Assembly (NCBI RefSeq): GCF_021028975.2
Contig: NC_059434.1
Coordinates: 68,758,001-68,822,000, forward strand
DNA: 64,000 nt
From: Sphaerodactylus townsendi
Lineage: Eukaryota
Direction: 5' to 3'
Shown: positions 46,501-58,900 of the stretch, one piece after another
Numbering within the stretch: position 1 is the first letter of the stretch
Layout: every line of letters begins with the position of its first letter
The notes under the pieces: model-generated
The model's input: the letters and a program-made list of their open reading frames with translations, nothing else
What the model was told of the DNA's origin: nothing
Database searches by the model: none
Program-made: the position numbers and the translations under genes

Positions 46501-49500
46501 ATTTGTACTGATATAAACTCTTGTGTGCTAGAGAGAAATAATAAACAAGCACCCTGCTATACACAAGAGATTCTGCTCACCAGCAAGCTATCAGACTACT
46601 GCAGTAGAGTGTTGCTCAGTGACAGTTTGTCTCTGTTGGGACCACGGCAAGTTGCAATAATTCTATACTGGTTGCATAAGTACCTAGTGATCACGCAGGA
46701 GTTGTGTGAGAGGCAAAGCAGAAGGTTGCTCATTTTGTTGAGCAGAGGGGTCTGGCAGGGGTGGGGTGGGGAGCGTACCAGCAGATGTGAAAACTTTGCT
46801 GTGATGCTGGTGGTCCCAGCTGCATCTACAACTTCATCTTGTTAAAGAGAAACACAGAGTCTTCTTTAATTTTGCACAGCTGCTGATGTGAGGGAGAATA
46901 AGCCACAGCATCTTCCTGCATTACAGCTGTGCTTGTTCGAAGTCTTAGAGCTGCTGGGCTTGCTTGTTTGCTGCAAAATATTCAGACTCATTCCATGATA
47001 GATCCCAAATCTGTGGATCCAAATGAACTAGCTTGACAAATTGACTAGTTCTTCCCCCCAATCAGTAAGTAATTCCATTTTATTTTTCCTTTATGATTTT
47101 CATCCAAAAAGCAATTTACTTCCAAAGCCATTTAGCTAAGTCAGGGGTCTTCAAACTATGGCCCTCCAGGTATTCATAGACTACAATTCCCATGAGCCCT
47201 ACCACTTGGCCATGCTGGCGGGGGCTGATGGGAATTGTAGTCCATGAACATCTGGAGGGCCATAGTTTGAAGACCCCTGACCTAAGTGGTCTGCACCTAC
47301 TAGTTACTGATCTCTTCCAGTTTCCTTTTTGCAAAGGAAAGCTCTGGTGATTTTTCCACTGTAGCAGGTATCGTATCTTCGACTGGGACACCTCAGTGAT
47401 CTCTTGTTTTATTAATCAACATTGCGTTTGCCAAAGTATGTGGCTGTGAGATAAGAAATGCTGGCTTAAATTGCAGAACTGTCTATGAATTAAAAGGAAA
47501 CGGTGGTTTAGAGGAAGATTTGAGAGTCTGGCTTGTGATCAGCCATGATTTTTGATAAGTACAATTGTGCCCTCTGTCCCTGGAGCTTTTCCTTGGAATT
47601 CTCAAGTGTCTAAAGCCATCTCTTTCTTAATTGTTACATCATTGACCTGGCATTACCTTGAATCTATTAGTTTTGAAGCACTTTAATTTTAGTGGATGTT
47701 AGGAGATAATATATTGATCAACATACACACAGTTAAACGTGTTTTCAATTACCAGTTATTGCAGAAAGTAAGAGTGGTTTCTTCCCTCATCACTGGTATT
47801 CAGATCCACTTAGCTCTTTTAAAAAATGGTTAATTTTTTAAGACTGTTATTCTTTTGCATATTAATAATGAAGATTTTGTGAAGAGTTCTGCTGAACTGG
47901 AAAGATGTTTGATACAATGGGCAAAATATGCATGAAGAGTAAAATAGTGGTACTAACTCTATTAGGTAGAGTGTAAGATTGAGCCCTTTTTCATATGTTT
48001 GAAAATCATAACCAATGAACTTCATTAATGCCATTCACCCAAGTTCCCTTATTCTCCCTTGCAGTATAAAGAAATGTAAAAATTACTATGAAGTCCTTGG
48101 AGTGTCCAAAGATGCTTGTGAAGAAGACTTGAAGAAATCTTATCGAAAGCTTGCTCTGAAGTTTCATCCTGATAAAAATCATGCCCCAGGAGCAACAGAA
48201 GCTTTTAAAAGTAATATTTTATACTTCTCTTGTAGGGGAGAAAATGTGCGCTGTCCAACTTGTCTTGATTCTCATCACTGTAACAACAAATTGAGTCTAA
48301 GATTACTCCTGTGAACACTTTGATATCCAACTGTTAATATGAATCATAAAACAACTTGAAGCCTGAACAAAAGAAACCGCACCTGCAGTTTTTCTTCCCA
48401 AAGTCTTACTAGTGTCCTCGTATAGAGGGATTAATGGTTCCCATCCCTATTAAGACTGTATGGTGATCCAGTACCATTCAGAATAGTTCTACATGCACAG
48501 GGAAGGTTTGAAATTTTGTTTTGAATAGCAGCATTCCTCCTCCCATGCATATTGTTTCCTGCCTGAGGGGAAATTCTTGAGGGGAATTTCAAAAGTAAAT
48601 TGAGCTGTGGCAGGTCGGATATCGCAGGCACACTGTGATAGAAAAAATAACTCAAGTATCCTTGAGAGCCAGCGTGGTGTAGTGGTTAAGAGCAGGTGGA
48701 CTCTAATCTGGAGAACCGGTTTTGATTCTCCACTCCTTCACATGAGCAGCAGACTCTTATCTGGTAAACAAATTTTGTTTCCCTACTCCTACATTCTTGC
48801 TCAGTGACCTTAGGCTAGTCACATTTCTTTCAGAATTCTCTCTCAAGGTGTCTGTTGTGGGAAGAGGAAGGGAAAGGAGCTTGTATGCCCCTTTGAGTCT
48901 CCTTACAGGAGAGAAAGGGGTATAAATCCAAATGATTTTTCTTCCTTGTGTTGTGATACCTGTTTGCCTTATTACCAAGGTAATAAGTATTTTATATATT
49001 CATGTGTGACAAGGAAGGGATAGAAGGTAATAACTGGTTCCTTTCAAGCAAATATAGCATGCAGTCCCACACTACCATTTTTTGATATGATGGCTAATGT
49101 CATTTTAGATGTGCGGCTCAGTGCATATTACGTAGCCCCGATGCATGTCTGTGGACTAATGCTACTGTGTATTGCTTGTTTACTTTATATTTGCTACTAC
49201 CATATACATACCTCAAGTGATTATTTTTCTCTTCTCTCCCCTCCACCCTGCATTTCAGAGATTGGAAACGCATATGCTGTGTTAAGTAATCCAGAAAAAC
49301 GGAAACAGTATGAACTCACAGGTAGTGAAGAGCCCTGCAGTCATCCCAGCAATGGTAGATTTAATTTCCACAGGGGTTGTGAAGCAGACATTACTCCAGA
49401 GGACCTATTCAACATGTTTTTTGGAGGAGCATTTCCAACAGGTATTCATCAGCTGAAGCAACTAACCCTTATCGTTTGTAACAGAATCCCCTTATTCCCT

Positions 49501-52500
49501 TGTCATCCCACCATTTACTACTTAGTTCCCTTCTTCTGTCCTTAATATGTCCTAATATTTATTGAAGAGCTCATTTTGAAATCCCTACTACATTTGTATT
49601 CTAATGCAAAACACATTTGTATTCTAATGCAAAACACATGCCAGCTTCGTTTGTTAATATTGTTGATATACATATAAATATGGTAACAATACCTATTGTT
49701 TGCTCCCTTCCAGGTATTTAACAGTGCCAGTAGAACTCTGCTGAGCCATTTAATGATACTGTGTATATATATTGTTCAGAATTAGGTTGTCAGCTAGTCT
49801 GGAGAAAATGTCCCTTTACAGCGGTTTAAAGTGTGGAAATGTGCAATTGAATAGTTCACAGCACGGAGGCAAACAACATCCCACTAAGCCTCTATTAAAG
49901 AGGCAGGACATTTTTCTCCAGGTCTGTTGGCAGCTATAATTGGAATTGGTTTTCCTATTCCAGACTTGAAGGACAGGTTTGCGAAGCTTGAAAGTTTATC
50001 TCCATCCGCAGCCAATAATCTAATAAAAGGTTTTGCCTGAATGATTGGCATATAGCTGACATGTGAATAAGGCCAAGGGTCGATTTTGTTTGTTTTTAAA
50101 AGGCAAGATATTATTTGTACCACTCTGTGGGATGTATTGTATATTTGATGGTCTCCACCTGAGCATCAGGGTTCCTCTTCCATATTTTCTACATGTGTAT
50201 TTTCAATATACCTTTAGAATACTCTTCTCTTCTCCTCCCCGTTTTCTGTAGGTAACGTGCATTCATTTTCTAACGGGCGGTCTGGCTACAGTCATCAGAA
50301 TCAGCATCGTCATAGCGGACATGAGAGAGAGGAAGAGAGGGGTGATGTATGTTTGTCCTCACCAAAACTTACTTGGGTTTATGTTTTCTGGCAGAGAGTA
50401 GTATTCCCTGACATAAAACTAATCAATCAACGGGTCCTGCTGTTGGGTAGCTCCAGTCAAATGACCGTAGCCAGTGATAAAATGCCAGCTTCGTTTGTTA
50501 ATATTGTTGATATTTCACACTCTTGGCATGTTCCACTTTCAATCAGGGACTGGATTCTGTCATTCCACTCCTCACTACAACTCTCATTTGGCCTGAAAGA
50601 ACGATCTTGGTAGAGCTGAACTGGTTAAATAGTCATGGCCCTGTTCAAAAAGAACAGCAATATTAGTGTATGGTATAGTGGTTAAGAGTAGGTGGACTCT
50701 AATCTGAAGAACTGGGTTTGATTTCCCCACTGCTCCACATGAGCAGCCGACTCTTATCTGGTGAACTGGATTTGTTTTCCCACTCCTACATACCTGCTGG
50801 ATGACCTTGGGCTAGTCACAGTTCGTTCAGAACTTTCTTAGCTCCATCTCCCTCACAAGGTAAGTGTGGGGAAAGGAAGGGAAAGGAGTTTGTAAGCCAA
50901 CTTGAGTCTCCTTCCAGGAGAGAAAGGTGGGGTATAAATTCAAACTCTTCTCTTTTTTTCATTGAAGATAAAACACAAAGCAATGAGAGAACCAGAGACT
51001 GTATGTATTCCGGTGAGACTGTGGGATTAGGATAGAAGAGGCTTGGGTCCAAATCCCTGCTTTCACATAAAACTGTGGGTGAACATGGACCACACCCACT
51101 CAGCCTCACAGGATTCTTGCGAGGATGAAATGTGGAAAGAGTAAAGATGCATGCTGCCTGGAGCTTCTTGCAGGAGGTGTAAGATAGACATGTTATTAGA
51201 TAGTCAGAATGGGTTTAAACTGTAAGCACTACGAGAGAGCAGAAAATAAATGGAATAAGTTGACTCAAAGAGTTTTCAGAATCTTTCTTTGAAAGCTTCC
51301 AAGGAGAAAAGAAGAAGAGTTGGTTTTCATACTCCACTTTTCTCTATCTTAAGGAGACTCAGAGCAGCTTACAGTCACAGTCTCTTTCTCTTCCTACAAC
51401 AAGCACCTTGTGAGGTAGGTGGGGCTGAGAGAGTTCTGAGAGAACTATGACTGGCCTAAGGTCACCCATCAAGCTTCATGTGGAGGTAGAAACCCAACTT
51501 TTCCAGATTAGAGTCTACTGCTTTTAATCGCTATACTACTGTGGCTTTCCAAACAGAGTGGATGGATGTCTATCAGAGATTGCTTAGATTCCAATCTTTC
51601 TTGCTTGAGGGCAGCAGGGGATACCTAGATGTTTTCTAACCAAAACTTTATGATTTCATGTCCGGTTAATGTTTCATTCTCCAGGGCGGCTTCTCTATGT
51701 TTATTCAGCTGATGCCAATCATTGTGTTGATTCTCGTCTCTTTGTTGAGCCAGCTGATGGTGTCTAACCCTCCATATTCCTTATACCCAAGATCGTAAGT
51801 ACAGTGGTCTTAGTTACATGTGTTTAATGAACTCTGACATTTTTTGAAAATACCTCTGTAGTTTCTGCATTTTCAGTCTTGTGTATTGTAGAAACTTCAT
51901 TTTGCTTCCATCAGGCTAGACTTTGAATAATTTCCCCTTATCCACATTTTCGACATGAAAAAATCCAAAAGGAAGACATGCTCTTGTATTGTGTACCTGA
52001 TCCTAAGTACTGGATTGTTATTCAAGTTTATTCCTGTTGAATTACAACTCTTGACTTCGGTTCTGCCAAGAATTTCTGTTCTCTAATTTCTAACCTTCGG
52101 GCATACCTCCATTTCTTTACAAAAGAGTTCTTAATTACTATGACTCGTAACATGCCTATAAGAATGCAGATGCAGGAAGAGATTTTAAAAAACACATTTG
52201 ATTCTAGTTTATTTTGTGTTTATTTTGGCCTGGTCTACATTTTTCTTTCTATAGAGATAAATGTCTCAAGGCAGTGTACAAAATAAAGAGAAAATAAACA
52301 TAAAAACAATTAGACAAGTGACCATCACTAACATTAAAATGACAAAATGCCTTTGAAAGTGTGTCGAATGGTTCAATTTAGCAGCATATAAATATAACCA
52401 GATAAAAATACGTCGTTTTAATTTAGCAGCGATGAGACCTGAACAATTTAAACAAGGAAGTGAAACTAGCAATACTTTTTCTAATCCCCCAAGGATTACA

Positions 52501-55500
52501 GAGTCTTATTTAAAAGGTATTCTAAATATAAATTCTGAAAATGGAGATGTGGGGAGAAAACAAAGGTCGAAACAGCACTATTTGTTTGCCTCAAGCTAGT
52601 GGTTACTTGTTCTGTGCTGTAGTGACTGCTAGATTATCGATGCATGCTAGGGCAGTGTAGCATGGCTCCTGAACTGTCTTAGATAACTTCAGACTGCAAT
52701 AGATAACTTCAGACTGCCTTCAAGGCTACCCAGAAGTGATAAATTGGCATTATGGCAGTGATTAGTCAGACAATCTGATCCTAGCTAATACAGCAAATAA
52801 AATATTGATTGTCATCTACCTACAACTATCTGATATTGCCAGAAATAGAGCTAGATTAATATTTGTTCTGTGGACCTCCAGGATATTGAAAGTTTAATTA
52901 GTAGTAGCTATTCAGACACATCCAATACCTGCTTCATTGAGATAAGGGAAACCAAGTCATATGGCAAGCTAGTTACATGAAAGGCTTTACTGGAAGTCAG
53001 TCACAGAAGCCACAAGGAGACAGTTGCTTTTGCAGCTAGTGTGGCAGCATTTTGGAAAATGCATATTATGTTTATTTATTTACAGTATATAGTGGAGTAT
53101 AAGCCAACTTTTTCAGCACATTTTTAATGCTGAAAAAGCCCCCCTCGGCTTATACTCGAGTTTATACAGTAATTCCAAGATGGCGGCCAGAGCTGGGGCT
53201 GCTGTGGGGATCTGGTAAGCATGTTGCTGCTTTTTTTCTAACTCACCAGAGAGCCGTAAAAACAAGCTATAAGGACAGCATGCATAGCATTGCAACTAGG
53301 TTGTGTGTGTGTGTGTGTTAAAAGAAACCGAGGCATTTCTCTTCTAAGGGTTATTGGTGCGTTGCATTCTAGATTAATAAAGTTCTTCATACAGTAGTTT
53401 ACTGCCAAATACTGATGTTGCTGAAGACAAAGTTTAGGTTGGCATGGATATGAATCCCAGAACATTTGGAGGAAAACAGTGGTTCATTTGTGTTCCTAGA
53501 GTGCTGGAAAGCTGCTCATCCCTAATGCAAGCTCTGTTAAGCAACTCTATCTCATCTTGCTCCCAAATCTTCTGTTTTTAGTTGCTACCGAGTCAAGCTC
53601 GAAGGCTTATACTCTAGTCAATGAGTTTCCCAGGTTTGTGTGGTAATTATGTGCCTCGGCTTATATCCAGGTTGGCTTATACTCGAGTATATACGGTATA
53701 TATCTCTAACATTTCATAGCCAGAGTTTAGTATAAGAAGCAATGAACTGTGAATATACTTTCCCCTTTCTCCTAGTAAGTAAAGATACTAGCAAACAGCT
53801 ACTGTACTAAGACTACCTATCGTGGCAAATGTCATGAATGCGCGATAGGGGAGCGGGAGGAAGAAACTGCATTCATCATAACTTCTCAAAAATGTTTTGG
53901 GAATGTTTGGATATGCTACTTTCTCTCCTCCCCACCTTTTCCTAGAGCCATTGATAAAGAGAGAAGGATGATATATAATGTGATTTGTTATTCTTTATGG
54001 TTACTGGCTTAGCATATCAGAAGACAGCACGAGATACATGGGATAAGGTGACCTAACGTTAAAATAATAAATTTTCTTCCTTAAAGTCCCAACTTCTTTT
54101 TTAGTCATGCAGTGTATGATTTGGATTTTACATGTTTTGCATGAGCTGGGAAGAGCCCTAAAAGGATGTAATCAATGATGTATTTTTGTCTTTCTGTAAA
54201 CTACTACTGAAGATGAAAACTTATTTTTGCTCATTGCTTCTGACCTTCTGAATTGCTACGGTTGTTATTTTGCTGCCGCTAAATAAACCCTATATTTATT
54301 CGTACCTCTTACATCTAAAAGTTTTTATTAGCAACGGAACTTTGGGTTCTAATATCCGACACTACTAACATGCTGTATTGGATTTAATGGTGACCGTGGC
54401 ATTTTCCTGACTCTCGTGGCTGTATGGTTGAAGAAGCGTGCCGTGAGCCTGTTTGCTCAGCTCCACCATCCAGGGACACCCATGGTAGATGCAGCAGCAT
54501 TGTCCTTAACAAACTTGCCAGAAGCAAGATGTACTAGCTTTGCCGAGGTCACCTTGTTTTTCCCTGCTTTTCCTTTCCAAGTCAGGTTTTCAAAAGGAAA
54601 CCTTTTGCTGTTTTTGCCAAAAGAAACTGACTCTCCAGGTTTTGTGCTGCTCCCCCTCCCCTTACGTCTTGGTGGTAAAAAAGAGAAATGTTTATTCTTC
54701 TTCCTGTGTGGCATAGATAAAGCTCCTAATAAGAACTACATTGCTGCAAGCTTGTTTTTACTGACTGACTGCACCACTGGGATATTCCCAAAGGCTGACA
54801 AAGCACCTGTGTCTCTTTGCAGGAGTTCGGGTCAGACCATTCAGATGCAGACAGAAAATCTGGGTGTCGCTTATTATGTCAACAAGGACTTTAAAAGTGA
54901 ATACAAAGGAGCATCGCTACAAAAAGTGGAAAAGGGTGTGGAAGAGGACTACGTGTCCAATATTCGAAATAACTGTTGGAAAGAGAGGCAACAAAGTAAG
55001 TTAAATTGATGAGTGGTGTCGAGAGCTTTTGCAGATATAAGTGAAAAGGTTCTGGATTATTGGGGGGATTTTAATGTAATTTTTAAACTGGTTGTGGTGG
55101 GTTTTCCGGGCTGTGTGGCCGTGGTCTGGTAGATCTTGTTCCTAACGTTTTGCCTGCATCTGTGGCTGGCATCTTCAGAGGTGTATCACAGAGGGAAGTC
55201 TGTTACACACTGTCACACACACTCTCAACCCTGACCCTGGCTAGTATTTGGATGGGCGACTTCCAAGGAATACCAGGGTGATGCAGAGGCAGGCAAAGGC
55301 AAACCACCTCCAAGTGTTTCGTGCCATGAAAACTCTACAGCATTTGCTGGCAGAGGCTGATGGGAATTGTAGTCCATAACATCTGGAGTGCCAAAGGTTC
55401 GCCACCACTGCTCTACAGGGTCAGCATAACTCAGCTGTAATTTTGATGGTATTAAAAAGGTTGTTTCAATCCTCCTGCCCTGCCCCTCCCATCCTGTGAT

Positions 55501-55990
55501 TTGAATTATTGAAGTGCACCCTAGAAATGTTATTTATTGTTACAAAAAAAAGAGTGAAAGCCACATGGCATCTCTGGAATGGTGAAGATGTGGGTGCATC
55601 TAAATGTGTCTATGTGTGTTATTCTGGGTAGGTGGCCAGGCACCCCGGTAGCACCGTGCTTGATGAAAAGGGACATGGGGTGGCAAAGTTTACACCACGG
55701 CAGAATCACAGTTTTGAATTATTTACAACTTACTGTTGTAGGTGGCGGTCCAGTGGGGAAAATCTAGCAGAAGCATTGTAATTAAAGTACTGGCATACCT
55801 TGAAAGCTATAGGTTACCAGCGTGAGTTACTGTTAGTCTCTAACACTTTGTTTTTGTTTTTAAAGAAACAGATTTATTATATGCGGCAAAAGTGTACCGG
55901 GATGAACGTCTTCGGAGGAAAGCAGAAGCCATTTCCATGGACAACTGCAAAGAGCTGGAACGATTGACCAGTATCTATCGAGGAGGATGA
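37218..55990 (+). CDS. DNAJB14: DnaJ homolog subfamily B member 14, 379 aa; exons 37218-37350, 45722-45896, 48065-48210, 49259-49441, 50252-50346, 51685-51794, 54823-54995, 55866-55990
   Basis: CDS of 1140 nt with all GT-AG phases consistent. N-terminus [11 protein letters not shown]; J-domain NYYEVLGV...KFHPDKN; G/F region; [18 protein letters not shown]; lumenal DUF1977-type C-terminus ending IYRGG*. Synteny with H2AZ1 separates it from DNAJB12. Confidence 0.97.
38054..38499 (-). mobile_element. Internally deleted Tigger/pogo DNA transposon
   Basis: TA|CAGTGGAACCTCGGTTTTC...GAAAACCAAAGGCCCACTG|TA; minus strand encodes a transposase C-terminal remnant [13 protein letters not shown]. Confidence 0.8.
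43037..43216. repeat. Imperfect inverted repeat, about 88-bp arms, in DNAJB14 intron 1
   Basis: TGTGGCATCCCCAATAAGAGCTAAGGAAGTAT pairs with ATACTTCCTTAGCTCTTGTTGGGGATGCCACA. Confidence 0.85.
43385..43620 (+). mobile_element. 5'-truncated Squam3-type SINE
   Basis: Homology to 24272-24575. Confidence 0.75.
45722..45896 (+). CDS. DNAJB14: DNAJB14 exon 2
   Basis: tttgcag|TG...AG|gtattg, [10 protein letters not shown]...DQVEGVQ. Confidence 0.95.
47142..47279. mobile_element. hAT-type MITE
   Basis: Long perfect TIR CAGGGGTCTTCAAACTATGGCCCTCCAG; TSD AGCTAAGT/ACCTAAGT. Confidence 0.88.
48065..48210 (+). CDS. DNAJB14: DNAJB14 exon 3 (J-domain, HPD motif)
   Basis: [13 protein letters not shown]...[16 protein letters not shown]. 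Confidence 0.97.
48665..48945 (+). mobile_element. Squam3-type SINE in DNAJB14 intron 3
   Basis: tRNA head and L2-like tail. Confidence 0.8.
49259..49441 (+). CDS. DNAJB14: DNAJB14 exon 4
   Basis: [18 protein letters not shown]...[10 protein letters not shown]. Confidence 0.96.
50252..50346 (+). CDS. DNAJB14: DNAJB14 exon 5
   Basis: [10 protein letters not shown]...EEERGD|gtatgt. Confidence 0.95.
50668..50960 (+). mobile_element. Squam3-type SINE in DNAJB14 intron 5
   Basis: tRNA head and L2-like tail. Confidence 0.8.
51310..51545 (-). mobile_element. Squam3-type SINE in DNAJB14 intron 5, inverted relative to the previous copy
   Basis: Homology to the other copies. Confidence 0.75.
51685..51794 (+). 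CDS. DNAJB14: DNAJB14 exon 6 (TM helix)
   Basis: [36 protein letters not shown]. Confidence 0.96.
53082..53170. mobile_element. Short Tc1/pogo-type MITE; related TIR fragment at about 53655-53697
   Basis: TA-flanked ..GAGTATAAGCC / GGCTTATACTCGAG. Confidence 0.65.
54823..54995 (+). CDS. DNAJB14: DNAJB14 exon 7
   Basis: [15 protein letters not shown]...NNCWKERQQ. Confidence 0.96.
55866..55990 (+). CDS. DNAJB14: DNAJB14 exon 8 (coding part)
   Basis: [17 protein letters not shown]...IYRGG*. Confidence 0.96.
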
Positions 55991-58900
55991 GCAACAATTT
56001 TTGCCTGTCCTGCTTGAAGTACCTGCTTCCTCTATGTATAAAAACAAATCTGTACACTGAGAAAATACTATTCAGTCATAAAATCTGAAAAGAGAGGGGG
56101 ATGTAAAACTCTACTGTGTAGCTGTTTCCAAAAACCGTATGCTGAAATACTGGTATCATTAATAGCCTCTTTACTTAGTCTAAAATGTAGGACATGGTTT
56201 GTTTACATCACTGAATTGTCATTTTAAGTTTTACTCCCCAAGCTTCTGTGAACTTTTTCTGCAGGGAAGAAGCCATTCAGATGGGCTGCTACCCTTGTAG
56301 AGATGTAGACGTAGCAATTCTCCTTCTGAAATACTTGCCATGTAAATACTTGTGGGGGGAATGGAACCTTTTGTGTACATAAAAATGTTTAAAGAAATCT
56401 CAAAGGCATTCAGATGCATTAAACCTTTTAATCTCATGGGTGGAATGAATACTATGACTACATCGTTCCGTATTTAGATGTCATCTGTGTGGAATGGAAA
56501 GGAAAAAGTAACAGTTTTATCACTTCCACATAAAAGCTTGAGGGAACTTGGTATTTTTCAAAAAAATGACTTGGCTAGGTAGATTCCTGATAAAGTATGT
56601 TTGGATAAAGAAGTCTGGCACCAGAGGATCAGCGTTCCTATTATGGCATTAATATATTATATCAAAGCAGTGAGGAAAATTGACAACTGTACCAGTCCTA
56701 ACAAATTAAACATTGGCTCTAAATGAATTATGTTGTATACATAATGCATTTAATACTTGGGATATTTCCTAGCATTCTGTTGTTTTGGTACTTCAGAAGA
56801 GTACCCAAAGTAATTAAGCAACTGAAGCTGCTGTAGAGTCCTGGATTCATTTAATGTGATTCAGCGTCTCGCACACATCCTTTAAAAATTGAAGGACGAG
56901 TGTGAAACTTACAGAATTGTGCTCAGTATATATTTAAAGAATATTTCTGTTTTACTGGCTAAGCAGAGTGTTGGTTATTTTGAGAGAGGAGCAATTGTGT
57001 TAACTTTCAATGCTGCTGCCTGTGCAGGTGGATCAGGGAAACCCTCCTGAAGGTTAAGTCTTGTGCCTTTGAATTTTTTTGCTGACTGGTTGGTCAGTGA
57101 ATTGCAGCTGTGAACTACGGTTGGAATGGTGCAATACTGTCTAGGAGGGACAAGAGTTAAGAGGCTGGAGATCTCCTGTTCCAGGCCAGATGCATGAGAG
57201 GTAGATTTTGGAAAGAAGAACATTGGAACAGAAGGGATCTTATTTTAGGGGACCATACATAAAAATGCATATGGGCACTTTTGAGGATCGAAATTTAATA
57301 GGGAGTTCTGAGAAATGGTATGCTTGGTTCCTGGGAAGTGTTTGGTTTGACTTCAGTAGATCTGTGATAGATATTTAATATTTAATAATAACATGGGAAA
57401 GGGTGCTATCCCATATGCTTTGCAGTATACAATAATATCAGTCTCCCAGGGGGTAAATCATGTCATCCCATTGAATGCCACTTTCAAGTATAATAGGATG
57501 CCTCACCTGATCTTTTCAGCAAAGCAACTTACTGTGGTAAAAGGTATGGAATTTGGTTTTACAAATAGTGTAATCCTCTGCAGAGTTACTCCAGTCTAAG
57601 GCCATTGAAATCACTGGGCTTGGACTGGTGTAACTGCATAGGATTGCATAGTAAAAGTTTCTGTAGTGACTTTGTGATCCATTATCCTTGATTCAAAAAT
57701 CCACAGTGCAGAATTTTGATGCCTCTGAAACACAATGCCCTGCAACTGCTTAAAGAGTCTTTCCCTAGCTGACCATAGGAAAACCTTCTCTGTGCTTGAG
57801 AATCTGGTTCTCTGGGTATGGCTGTTTCGTGTGCAACTTTTCACTTAATTTTTGTGTAACCTGTACTTAGCGGTTGTGTGATGCATGTGAAAAGGAATCA
57901 TGAAACTGATAGGCTTGTGAGTCATGCAACTGGCACCAGTTGGAGGAGGCTGTTCTATATCTTTTCAGATCAGATCCAAATCACGTTTCTAGGATAAGCT
58001 CCAACTTGAGAGAATCTAGTAATTTCTGTGCTTAAATCCCATGCCAATACAGTCAAAAGAACGGTCAGTTAGCAGTTTTTGAGTATTGTGTGAGGTCCTT
58101 CCTAATAGGCTGTTTCCATTATTATTTTAAGCAGTAACTTATTTAAGTACTGTTTACGGTATAAAATCTAATGAATACATAAACCCTGTGAGTATAGGTT
58201 ATTTTGAAGGTTATCCAATCTGCTGATATTGGAGAATTAACTTTATGTGCATTCTAGTACATTAAAATTACAGGCAGAATCACAGCTTTACATTTTTCCT
58301 AAATTTCCTATAGGAGCAAAATAATTTAGACAAATCTTTACAGCAGACAAAACAGATGTGAAGATGAGACAGTTATTGACTTCATATGCTCGTAGTGACA
58401 TTATGGTTCTGGTATTTAATAATTTTGACTGCATCTGAAATATGCTAAATTGGGTATCTAACATTTGATAAATAATCCTGAATGTTTGCTCTTGGAATTG
58501 AATTCCACATTCCCTAATAAGTATGCTTAGGATGGCAGCTTTAAATACATTGTCACTTTCAGCCTCCTCTACGTTACCTTGTTTGCCAGGATTCCGTGGT
58601 AGCTGATGTTTCCTTGAATCTGGGACTCTATTCCATTTTCTTCAGTGAAGGAAGCACGTAACATTTACTTTCTGAAGACAAAAGGGCTGCCTTAGATGGA
58701 GTTTCCTGAGTGAGCAAAATGCTATTTCAAGAATCATTAAGCAAATGTTGAGAAATCCAGTGGTGATCCACAGTTTAAAAACACTTATATGGACCTTAGT
58801 TGTTGTTCCTTGGAGGATGAACCTTCCCACTGATTCTGATGTCCCCCTGCCATGTGTAGCTATACTGAAGTTGTGGGCAGTTCCAGGCATGCTCTCAATT

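Noticed and set aside
54416-55009. 197-aa ORF
   Set aside because: Open intronic sequence running into DNAJB14 exon 7; the true acceptor precedes 54823.
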